64,000 nucleotides of DNA from Pocillopora damicornis (Eukaryota): assembly GCF_003704095.1 (NCBI RefSeq), contig NW_020844645.1, forward strand, positions 186,001-250,000, in the 5' to 3' direction. The notes below the pieces were generated by a model. The model searched no databases. It saw nothing but the letters and a program-made list of their open reading frames with translations, and was not told the origin of the DNA. Position 1 is the stretch's first letter. The number at the start of each line of letters is the position of its first letter. The translations under genes and the position numbers were made by a program. Of this stretch, positions 1 to 10,424 are shown in pieces.

Positions 1-1139
1 AGCGCACAAAAAAATGCTAGTTACACAGGCTTATGCTGTACACAGACCTCAAAATTGTCTCTTTTCAATTTGTTTTCGTGTCGCACCTACTCAGCTGTTT
101 TTATTCTTGTTTTTTCTCAGGATTTGCACTGTCTGTTCAAACACAATACATCTTGACGGCATGTCTTGTTGTGTTCTTCTTCGTATTAATTGCCACAGTC
201 GCTCTGGTTATTCAAATTGCTTTACTTCACAAGTCCTTGAAAAAATTAAAGGCTAAAAGTCACCGTTAGAAGCCAGGATCCTTACAACGAAGGCAAATAT
301 TTCCTCTCAGTTTTTTCTATCAAATACGAATAGGTTGTTAAAAACAGTTTTATGTAATGACGTATAGGGTGAGCCGCTCGCTTAGGAACTGTAATTATTG
401 ATAGGAGGGTAGGTTTGAAAAGGGTTACCAACTTAAACGCAGGGAAAAAGAAGGAGCACAGAAATAATACAAGAATATTCCTTAAGGAAGCTTTCAGTAA
501 ACCTGAAGTATGTGAGGTGAAGGGGAATCAGCCAAAATTTACCTCTCACCTCTGATTCCCCCTGTTTTCTCGTTTTCTCCCCCCGTTTAGAGATCAATGC
601 CCTGTTGTTTATTCCGCAAGGGTTGGAAGCCCTGATATTTTCTCTTTATATTCTTCGAGTCTCAGTTAAAGAAATGATTTTGTAAAAGCTGTTATTACAA
701 TCATTCTTTTGATTTAAGGAACATAAATGTTCTACTCTAACTGAATTAGTAAAAATTTTTATGACTCCTGAACGCCTTAATTAAAAACCCTTTGCCTTCT
801 CAGATTGGGTGGGCTCCTCCCTTGTAGCTTCCATGACAGCTCAAAGTAGATTTTTGTAATGAAAACAATTAAGTGCTTTATTAGCATTAAACCCTCTATT
901 CTCATTATCTGCTTGTTGGATGATGTATTGAGTTAATAACAGCTTACAATTTAACAGGGTTGAAAATGTTTTCTCTCCTTTTACATGTGGACACGTTGCA
1001 TTCAGAGACATTAGCAAAGAGATTTTTGTACCCTCTTTTGGCTGTATCTGTCTATACGTTTCTATTCTTATTAAGTTTTGTCTACCAGACGCGGGCATTT
1101 TCTTCCTTCACTGACGCTGGTTCTTAGTCTTATAAAATC

Positions 1140-1280
1140 TAGACTACGTGCAGTCCCTCTGCGCGCCTCACTTCCTCGTTCTACGCGGCGCGCTTACATT
1201 AATTTTTTTCACTGATTTTTATTTTATTTTTTGACTGGTGTGTGTGACTTCGTCAAAAAGGAGGGACTGCACGTAGTCTA
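1140..1280. mobile_element. MITE with perfect 20-bp terminal inverted repeats
   Basis: tagactacgtgcagtccctc (1140-1159) is the exact reverse complement of gagggactgcacgtagtcta (1261-1280); TA at both ends; no coding capacity. Confidence 0.8.
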
Positions 1281-1470
1281 TATAAAAATTGCAGTCACGA
1301 GCTTTAGACTCATATTTTATTTAAGTATTATATTCAACTTGGTTTATTTTTAGCTAGTTGACTGATTACTACAGGGCTTTGTAATATCTGGAAAGGCAAA
1401 ATAAAATGTAGTAATTATTAAAGATTCCTTTTTTGTCGCGTAATATCTTGAGTAAAAAAAGCTAACTCCT

Positions 1471-1540
1471 TTGACGAAAGGCTAACCCTCGAAACGAAGC
1501 TTTAGACACTCTCTGCATACCGTGGCCAATGAACATCATC
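1471..1540 (+). repeat. Dispersed repeat with a degenerate hammerhead-ribozyme-like core (Penelope/retrozyme type)
   Basis: (T)TGACGA-aaggctaaccctc-GAAAC resembles CUGANGA..GAAA; a second copy lies inverted at ~55365-55448. Confidence 0.45.
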
Positions 1541-2784
1541 AACTCAAACGAAATTATCTTACAACCCCTTCCCCCCCTCCCACCACTTCACCACCTACTA
1601 AACACAGCAGCAGAGTTTCTTTAGAAATTTTCCCTCATTACTCCTCTGAGTTTGGAACTTTGTGGTTTATTGCACTACCACGTTTATTTGGTTATGCCTG
1701 TCTCTTAAAGCTTTTTTAACTTTTCAGAATAACACGCTTTAAAAATGTATTACTTTTATCATTTTCTACCATCATTTATATTATATCTCTCATTTTCTTT
1801 CTAATAATCTCTCTAGAGTTGTGGTATTTTCAGGGATGAGAGGTTACGGAAAACCTAGGAGAATCTAAAAAAGAGTGAAGAGATCTTGATTAGACATTTT
1901 CCTCACGCGTCTAATCCATGCAGCGTCCATCAGCAGCAGCAGTCCTTGTTCTGCTCATGGCTGAACGTTTCTGGAGCTTGCGTAGTCAAAGTTTCGTGGT
2001 TCTAGATGGCTGACATTCTTATAGCAAGCCAAGTTTTTCGATTTTCTATTTAAATGGCGTGACATTAGTTAATATTTTCAAAGTTCTTGTTTGTCGAGTC
2101 TCGAATAGTAAAGTCACACATGAAGATTCATTGACGGATATTTTTGGAGTCATAGTACAAACTAATACGTTCCCTTTCAGTTCCGTCCTTTCGTAACTTA
2201 ACTGCGGTACGCAGGCGTGGCCAGTAAAAAAGTGTCATCTGCTGTGCAATAATTTTCATGCTGCGTGATAGCCTTCCCAGGTGTTCAATTAGTAAAACGA
2301 AGTGCGCCAGTAAACGGCACGATAAGAGCGGAGGAGTGAAAGAACGAAGGGGGGCTTGGTTCGGGTGACTGCGGCTTCCAATGCTCCCGTCATCCACAAT
2401 CTAGGAATGCCTTCTCCTCTAGGATATATTCATTCTCCAAGATAACACCCAACTCAGTCATTTGCTTGAATATTCTTTTGACGAAATGCACTGCAATGGG
2501 TAACGCTGCAGATTTTCTGCGCATGCCCAGCGAAGAGACCGCGCTAAAATAGGCATCTTCCTTTTTACAAAATTTTGTGCCTCACGAAACTAGTTAGTGA
2601 TAAACCATGAAGCAAAAGTAACGCACCCACAAGAAACATAGCAACAGATCGCTTCTAAATAAAAGACGTTACATTTTATTGCAACAATCCTTCACTAGCT
2701 TCTTTGAAGTTCTATGAAAGCTATTTTCATTGATAACCCTTTTTTGGGGTTACTAGTGATACTATCAGTATTTGGAGTTATGTA

Positions 2785-5547
2785 CTAAGAACAGGTTCCA
2801 GTTTTGGCCATTGTTTCAATCTTTTCTGCCAACTCGAGGCAGTAAAGCACTCGTTTCTTGTCTTGAGCAATTTCATCAGAGCTGCGCTCCCCCCGTACCT
2901 CAGAGAGAAATATCTCTAGATCCCTTGCAAACAGTCCCTTGTGGCCAGGGGGAGGTGGACCAGGGGGTTTGGAAACAGGCGCTGGTGTCACAGTAGTACC
3001 ATCTTCAAATTTATACTCCTGGGATGCTTGCCTTGGTTTCCCACCACGTACTCGTTCAATTATCCAAGTTAATGGCCTACAAAATGATTTATAATCAAAA
3101 AATAATTCAGTTGGGCAAAATGCAGCCCCAGTAACCATAACCTTCAACATAACTTTTGGAGACACCCTGCTTTTTTTCAATAAAAAATAACAATTACAAA
3201 ACTTCCCCCTTCTCATTACGACAAAATTTGCCTTTTGGTATGTATGAAGGGGGAGCAATTGAAGGCAAACATGGAATATAGTCATATATTCTTCCACAGA
3301 ATTGCTTTCAAAACATTTTTGCCAAGAGTATGTTCATCAATCAGCCCACATAATATAAATATGTCCACTGCAATTTGTAATAGATAAAAATTGTTACTCT
3401 TTCACGACAAAACACCCCACTACATTTTTTTCATTTTTGCACTCTCTTCTTAAGGGGTCTGGAGTCATGCTCCCCTGAAAAAAAATGAAATTTGAAACTC
3501 TCTAAAGACAATTTCTAGCACTCTGGGACAGATTTGAATTGTGTAACTTTCTTTAGCCGGACAATTGTATCACAATCAATAAAAGAGGCTAATTTTCTGA
3601 AATGTCTAACTTACCTGTTGTCTAAGGTGTGTAATTTACAAGTAAGGCGATGAAGATCAGTTTCATGTTCAAAGTGAGCTTCTTGTAATGATAGCTCACC
3701 AAACAAATCATACAAAATCTCCAATTGTGAAATTCCAGAGAAACTTGGAAACCCAGCTCGCCTTATGTCAGCGATCCACTCCTTGAGAAATCTGGCATCT
3801 AGACGAATGGTACCCTCAATAAAAGGAACATTTTTGTTTTGAATAGCGTGCTTCATATCCTTGTGGGAATCAAGAAGAAGAGCTATGTCTTCAACATGAC
3901 AGGTCAACCCTGAAAACCGAAGAAAAAAACTTCAAAACCATTCCACAATATGGCTCACTGAATGGAAACTCTACTTTGTTTCTAGGAGGGAATTTTACAA
4001 TCTTAGCCAACACAACCACAAACCAAAAACAAGGGGGGTGAAAATGGAAATTAAAAGCAACTGGCAGGAAAAACGGCCCTTATAGTAACTTATTTAAGAA
4101 CATAAAAATAACAGTTCAAAAAATGCTGTGAAAATGAACAGGTTGCAGTCCCCTATTACCAGGCCCTTCTAAATCAGCTTATACAAACAGACCATTAGTT
4201 CCAGTAGCCATTTTATATAGTCTTGACATAATATTTTTCCCCACAAGATCTCCCATACTATACAACGTCACAAAAAGGAAGCAGAAAATCAAATTATTTC
4301 TAATTCTCAAATTATTTCCACGCATAAAATATATCATGAAGAAACATCTGTATATTAAGTAAGCCTGATGTAAATTATTTCACATTCTTATCACACCCAA
4401 GGACACACATTAAACCTATAACTATATTCAGGTATTTCACAGTTATATACAGAAAATTTTATGTACATACCTTTACTTTCTGCTAAATTAAAGATCTTTT
4501 TACCACCCTCCGCTGTCAAACATAGAGGAAAATCCACTAAAACATGCTTTCCATGTTCTAGGATTTTTCTGTAAAATGAAAATTGTGCTATAAGAGAATT
4601 GGCCAAAAGGAAATAATAAGGACACAGAAGATAGAGCCTTCCACAATACCTATAACATATGCTAATTAACCACTACATTATTACATCTCCCAAGTTTTGA
4701 TGAATTAGGAAGAAGAAAAAGTCATTTATAAGATCATGATCACCTGGCATACTCTTCATGGGTGTCATTTTCTGTACAAATGACAAAAGCATCCACATCA
4801 TCTCTTGTCAAGGCTTCGTCCCAGTCTAGAACAGGTAGATCATCTTCTACTTGCCTCCTATTAAAATTATTAAATAAATGAAATCACCTAAAAAGTATAA
4901 TCAACTACACAAAATAAACCATCCACAGAACTAAATAGAATTAATTTAACCTATTTCATTCAAAAATAACTTTAAGCATACCTTCATTCATGCAAAGGTA
5001 ACTGTGGGTGACTAAAAAATATCACAGACTTACTTGAATACTTCTGATCAAATTTGTGCTGTAGGCAGGGTCAAAAGACTCACGGGTTTTAAAATCCTTT
5101 TTAAAACAGTAAACTAAATTACATTCTTCTCAGCTCTCTTTCAATGGAAACTAACTCGAGATCAAAGAATTAAACTACCAAACCCTACTACACAGCAAGC
5201 TGTTTAAATCATCATAACATGCGATGGAATATCCGTCCTCCATCCTTCACACCCCTCCTCCCCATTCCCGCCTGTCATGAACTCTAGATGGGCTTTTAAA
5301 GAGCTATATAATTCTGGGGTTGCTTCCGCCATCTACTTTGAGGGAAAGAAGCAAACGATTATGAAATGGCGTGCGTAAGTGTATTACCCAATAAGTTAAC
5401 AAACACTGAATCCGATCAATCTCACCTGGATATCACTCCACGAAGAACAACACTGTCTCCTAAAACGTTCTGCTTCAAATCTCTTACTCTGACTTTTCCA
5501 GCGATTCCCAATCCAACAACCACGATACCTAAAGGCTTTTCCGTCAT
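2785..5547 (-). CDS. BLVRA: Biliverdin reductase A; exons 5547-5426, 4857-4744, 4568-4471, 3909-3615, 3076-2785
   Basis: Spliced frame MTEKPLGIVVVGLGIAGKVRVRDL..VISRRQV..AFVICTENDTHEEYARKILEHGKHVLVDFP..RPLTWIIE..LFARDLEIF is collinear with BVR-A; GT-AG introns with compatible phases. Confidence 0.9.
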
Positions 5548-6031
5548 ATCTATTCAATCTCCACCTTCCTCCTCTTGAAAGCCACACGAAAAATTAGCGT
5601 CGTCACATTTTCCGCTTTATAAAGACATCTTACATAACAATATCAGCTGTGAACCTTGTTATTTTGAGGCCAATTTTTTTAATATACAGCTGTGCACACA
5701 AGATCAAGATGAAAAAAAAAGAAAATAAACTATATTTCAGGAAAATGACAAAGCTGTTGTACTAAAAAAGTCGTCTTTGTGCCAACCTATGAATTTTAGC
5801 TGGAAATTTGTGCTCTAGTTGCGTGACTTCGTGACAGGGGCGAACTTGTTCCAACTCTCCTCGGTAAGAGATCGTCCCCAGAATGCTCCGGCCTCGGAGA
5901 GCTACATGAACACCGCACCCTGTTGGAAGAAGTGAAGGAAGTTGGATTGTTTGACGGAAATTTAAGATCGCGTGATTTCTTCAGCCTGGCAAGAAGTGAT
6001 TGTACTTTCGCCTCAGCAATGAGTAGTCGCC
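5548..6031. promoter_or_regulatory. Putative bidirectional promoter between BLVRA and the NLR
   Basis: Divergent start codons at 5547(-) and 6032(+), 484 nt apart. Confidence 0.45.
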
Positions 6032-9000
6032 ATGGAAGTCGTGAAGGAGTATTTACTCGCAAAATACTTCAGTCCTTTTGGATATATTGTGGCAGTTTTC
6101 CATCTTTTAGCATTGACAGCACTTACCACAGCCGCTGGAGTCTTAAGAACGAGCGAGCGTCGAAGATTCAGCTGTCCTTCTTCTCCTGATTCTAAAGACG
6201 ACTGTCTAAGGCAATATGACAAACTGGTCTACTCTGGTTTGCCATTCTATGGATTTGTTCTGTTTTGTTTTGCGTCCGTTTTGACAGTGTGTATCGCCTA
6301 CTCCTGGTGTTTTGTGAAATCGCGAGTCGATGAGATTGAAATCGCCTTGAAACCAAATCCAGAAAGCCCTCGCCGTCGGCCTAGAGTGAAAACCCGCCGA
6401 GTGTTCTGGTCTTATTTTGTTCATCTTATTTTGCGATTTTTTGGGGGGATTGTGTTCATTATTTTGCAGAACTCTGTGTTTTATTTAAGTGGATTTCCAG
6501 CAGAATTTGTCTGTTTTACTCAAACAGTGAAGGGGGCAGCAAATTCCACAAATGTTAGTACGACCAAAGAAAATTCCTTAGCCATCAACTGTGATAACTC
6601 CATTGCATCTGACAATGCTGTCTACGCGAGAGGAATTTGGATAGTGAACATTCTATTTACGTTGCTTGTGTTTGGAGAGATATGCTATCTTTCGTTGCGA
6701 GCAATACAGAGAAAACAGTTCATCTTCGATTCCGAATTCTGTGAGAGGCACTTTTTTAGCAAGGGTAGGAACCCTATTGCGCTGAGCGAGTTGACATTCC
6801 GGACGAGACAACGAATACGCGAAGAAACAGAGATCCTTGAACCTTTAATTGCTCAGCCAGAAATAGAGAGAGTCAGACTTTTGGATGACGCTTTTGTCGA
6901 TCTTGTTATTTACAGTGGAAGAGCATGTAGCGAATTCGCTGACTTGTTGAAAAGACACGAAATATATGATATATATTTAAAGCCCCAGTATGGATCAATA
7001 GCCATAAAGAAAGTTGATGAGCTTTTTCTTCCAAATGAAGATACTCGAGATCCCCGCAAAATTCTCGTGGTTGGTCGCCCCGGCATCGGAAAGTCTCTGC
7101 TTTGCACGAAACTGTCGCGTGACTGGAGCAAGAGTGATCTTTTGCGTGACAGTGACAAAATCTTTCAACATCTGTTTGTGTTCCAATTCAGATGGTTCAA
7201 TACCGAGACAATAGAGAAGATATCTCTCAAACAGTTGTTGAGTCGTTTGTATTCAGAAGGTAGCATGGACAGTGAAGTCTTACAGCATATTTTAGACAAC
7301 CCTGAGCGAGTGCTATTTGTTTTTGATGGCTTGGATGAATTTAAATACCACGAACGCATTCTGGAGGATGAAAGGGCACATGCTGGAAACAGTGCAACAG
7401 AAGAAATGCCATTTTCAGCTCTTTACGTGAAGCTGATGAAAGGAAAGCAGCTTTCTGGGGCCACGATTTTGACCACGTGTAGACCAAATGTTGTGCAGAG
7501 TGTTGCACATTTGCCATTTGACAGGAAGGTTGAGATTATGGGATTTACTCCAGAGAAAGTCCACAAATATGTACTTAAATTTTGTGCACATGATCCAGAG
7601 ACAGTGAACAGAATATGGGGTCATATCAGCAGCAATTTAGAACTGCTCTCTTTGTGCTACATTCCTGTCAACAGTTTTATTATCTGTTCCCTTTTAGAAA
7701 AGTTGATCAAACTTCAACAACATTTAGGAAATACTCTACCAGCAACTTCAACTGACATTTATGAAGGAGCTCTGAGGCTGTTCATTTTCAAGCATCACCC
7801 AGAATTTAAGAGGAAGTTTTTAACAAAGGATTATCTTCTTGGAAATGTGGGCCTCCCTGATCAAGTTGAAGAAACTTTGAACCGGGTTGGATCATTGGCA
7901 AAAACAGGAATTCAGGAGAGACGACTGATGTTTGACTCAGTGGAGGTGAAGGGAATAGAAGACTGTGGGTTGTTCAATCGTATGCCAGATTGTGAAGTTT
8001 TACCTTTCAAATTGAAGTCCCAATTCTGCTTCATTCATTTGACTCTTCAGGAATTTCTTGCTGCCAAAGAAATAGTGAAGATGGATTCCAAGGACATTAG
8101 TAATTTCATCCTCACAAATGCTTCAGATCCAAAGTGGCACTTGGTACTTCAGTTTGTGGCTGGCCTTCTGCGTGGACAAACAAATGAGGCAGTCAGCAAT
8201 TTTGTAAACCTCCTTTGTGACTCTTTAACATACATAACTCTTTGTGACTCTTTAACATTTAGTAGTAAATCCAAACAAGAAGCTGTTCTTATGATGAAAT
8301 GTTTGCATGAGTACAATGATGCTACAATTGTGGAAAAGGCAGCATCACTTCTACAGAAAAATGAAACTTTCAACAATAAGATAGATTTATCTTATTCTGA
8401 AATAACACCTGTTGACTGTGCAGCAATTGTTTTCTTTATTAACAAACTACACAACCTTATGGAGTTGAACCTGTCCTCTAACAATATATCAGACCAAGGT
8501 GTTTCATTCCTGTGCAGTGTAGTTAGAGATGGACACTGTAATCTCACCACACTACACCTTGGTTTCAATGACATACAGGACCAAGGTGTTTCACAACTCA
8601 GTGAAGCTTTAAGGGATGCTAACTGTAAACTAACTAAGCTGAGGCTTCCTGGTAACTACATAACATACCAAGGTGCATCACATCTGCAGGATGCACTTAA
8701 AAATGCAAATTGTAAACTCACCAAGTTGGACCTTGGTGGCAATAGTATGGGGGATATAGGTGTTTCACGGCTGAGTGAAGCACTCAAAGATGTAAATTGC
8801 AAACTTGAAAAGTTAAACCTAGATGAAACTGATATTACAGACCAGGGTGTTTTCCATTTGTGTGAAGCAATTAAAAATGTAAATTGTAAACTGACCAAGT
8901 TAGACATTAGTGGAAACATGATATCTTTCCATGGTGCATTAAGCATGTCTGTTGCACTTAAAGATGTGAACTGTAAACTTACAAAAATGAATCTTGAAGT

Positions 9001-10030
9001 AAATGACATCGGTAACTTGGGTGTATTTCACTTAAGTGATGCACTTAAAGATGAAAACTGTAAATTTACACGGTTAGATCTTACTGGTGTTAAGATGGGA
9101 GATGAAGGTTTAGCACATCTGTGTGATGCTCTGATAAATGAAAATTGTTTAGTTACTGATTTGAACCTAAGTCACAATGCAATAACAGGGCAAGGTGTTT
9201 CCTACCTGCAAACTGCGCTCAGAAATAAGAATTGTAAGCTTTTGCAGTTGAACCTAGCTATGAATACACTAAGGAACACTTCATATTTAATTAGGAAACT
9301 TACTGAATCACTGATCAAGGGGGATTCATTGAATTTTTATGGTGAACAAAGTGTTCTGTTCCCAATGTCTAGCGCACTCAGAGATGAAAATTGTAAACTA
9401 GTGAAGCTTGATCTGATATCAACTGGTGTGGAAGATGGTGACTTATTCTACTTGTGTGGTGCACTGAAAGACATGAATTGTAAACTCACTGTGTTGTACC
9501 TTGGTGGCCATCTCATAACAGATGAAGGTTTGCAACACCTGTGCAGTGCACTTGAAGATGTAAATTGTAAACTCACTGAGTTGTTACTCATGAGTCGCAA
9601 TATAACAGATCAAGGTGTTCCCCTTTTTTTTACTGCAATTAAACATAAAAATTGTAAACTCACCAAGTTGAAAATTGAGTTTCCAGAGGTAACAGATGAA
9701 GGTTTTTTACACCTTTTGGTTGCTCTTAAAGATGTAAATTGTAAACTCATCAAGTTGAAAATTCAGTTTCCAGAGGTAACAGATGAAGGTTTTTTACACC
9801 TTTTGGTTGCTCTTAAAGATGTAAATTTTAAACTCACTAAGTTGTCACTAGAGGGAAATGAGTTAATGGATCAGTTCATACCACATCTGTGCTCTGCACT
9901 TGAAGACCCAAACTGTAAACTCATTAACTTAGACCTTACACAAAACAAATTTACAAAGCAAGGTAAAAACATGCTACATCAAGCACTAAAAAGTGCGAAT
10001 AGAACAAGTCATATCAAAGTCGAAGTATAG
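6032..10030 (+). CDS. Intronless NLR: N-terminal 4-TM connexin-like domain, NACHT NTPase, ~18 ribonuclease-inhibitor-type LRRs (1332 aa)
   Basis: gccATGG start; four hydrophobic segments in aa ~15-222; Walker A GRPGIGKS (7073-7096); Walker B LFVFDGLDE; LTTCRP; CYIP; winged-helix FIHLTLQEFLAA; 29-aa LxLxxNxIxDxGxxxLxxAL..NCKL repeats. Confidence 0.95.
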   Translation: MEVVKEYLLAKYFSPFGYIVAVFHLLALTALTTAAGVLRTSERRRFSCPSSPDSKDDCLRQYDKLVYSGLPFYGFVLFCFASVLTVCIAYSWCFVKSRVDEIEIALKPNPESPRRRPRVKTRRVFWSYFVHLILRFFGGIVFIILQNSVFYLSGFPAEFVCFTQTVKGAANSTNVSTTKENSLAINCDNSIASDNAVYARGIWIVNILFTLLVFGEICYLSLRAIQRKQFIFDSEFCERHFFSKGRNPIALSELTFRTRQRIREETEILEPLIAQPEIERVRLLDDAFVDLVIYSGRACSEFADLLKRHEIYDIYLKPQYGSIAIKKVDELFLPNEDTRDPRKILVVGRPGIGKSLLCTKLSRDWSKSDLLRDSDKIFQHLFVFQFRWFNTETIEKISLKQLLSRLYSEGSMDSEVLQHILDNPERVLFVFDGLDEFKYHERILEDERAHAGNSATEEMPFSALYVKLMKGKQLSGATILTTCRPNVVQSVAHLPFDRKVEIMGFTPEKVHKYVLKFCAHDPETVNRIWGHISSNLELLSLCYIPVNSFIICSLLEKLIKLQQHLGNTLPATSTDIYEGALRLFIFKHHPEFKRKFLTKDYLLGNVGLPDQVEETLNRVGSLAKTGIQERRLMFDSVEVKGIEDCGLFNRMPDCEVLPFKLKSQFCFIHLTLQEFLAAKEIVKMDSKDISNFILTNASDPKWHLVLQFVAGLLRGQTNEAVSNFVNLLCDSLTYITLCDSLTFSSKSKQEAVLMMKCLHEYNDATIVEKAASLLQKNETFNNKIDLSYSEITPVDCAAIVFFINKLHNLMELNLSSNNISDQGVSFLCSVVRDGHCNLTTLHLGFNDIQDQGVSQLSEALRDANCKLTKLRLPGNYITYQGASHLQDALKNANCKLTKLDLGGNSMGDIGVSRLSEALKDVNCKLEKLNLDETDITDQGVFHLCEAIKNVNCKLTKLDISGNMISFHGALSMSVALKDVNCKLTKMNLEVNDIGNLGVFHLSDALKDENCKFTRLDLTGVKMGDEGLAHLCDALINENCLVTDLNLSHNAITGQGVSYLQTALRNKNCKLLQLNLAMNTLRNTSYLIRKLTESLIKGDSLNFYGEQSVLFPMSSALRDENCKLVKLDLISTGVEDGDLFYLCGALKDMNCKLTVLYLGGHLITDEGLQHLCSALEDVNCKLTELLLMSRNITDQGVPLFFTAIKHKNCKLTKLKIEFPEVTDEGFLHLLVALKDVNCKLIKLKIQFPEVTDEGFLHLLVALKDVNFKLTKLSLEGNELMDQFIPHLCSALEDPNCKLINLDLTQNKFTKQGKNMLHQALKSANRTSHIKVEV
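9650..9845 (+). repeat. Near-identical 87-nt (one LRR unit) tandem duplication within the NLR
   Basis: caagttgaaaattgagtttccagagg.. at 9664 recurs at 9751; KLKIEFPEVTDEGFLHLLVALKDVN / KLKIQFPEVTDEGFLHLLVALKDVN. Confidence 0.9.
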
Positions 10031-10424
10031 CACGTAAAAGAGAAAGCAATTTGAAATTACCATGATTGAGGTGCAGCTCTGTGTCAAGAGCTTAGCAAAC
10101 CAGTCAGTGCAACACTAAGACCAGATTTCATAAGCATATAATGAGGTTTCATGGTGTTATATTGGTAGTTCTTATCTTAATATACTGTACAGGTGTTCAT
10201 GTACACTTGTCATGAGATTGTATGACACAGAATGTAATTATGTAATTATTCTGTTTGTCATAACTTTTAAAATTATAGTCAACAAAGATTGGTTTACTGA
10301 TTATAATAAAGTGACATGTAGAACATGTATTTCTTAGTGATGTCTGTGCTGTTGGTGTTGTGTAAAGTCAATCAGGTATCAGCAGTGGCTGCTACCATAG
10401 GGGAAGCTTATGTGTCCTTCAATT

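Noticed and set aside
14-269. Short hydrophobic/Cys-rich ORFs at the window start
   Set aside because: No recognisable motif or supported splice structure; T-rich sequence yields such ORFs by chance
6032-6706. N-terminal NLR domain as innexin/pannexin/LRRC8 type because of 2+2 Cys
   Set aside because: Short loop 1, E-x3-F-x-C, the TM3 W-x-Y..R and TM4 E-x-x-YL patterns fit connexins better by eye; not formally excluded without profile searches
6013-9009. Multiple minus-strand ORFs within the NLR
   Set aside because: Antisense shadows of a long, repetitive coding frame
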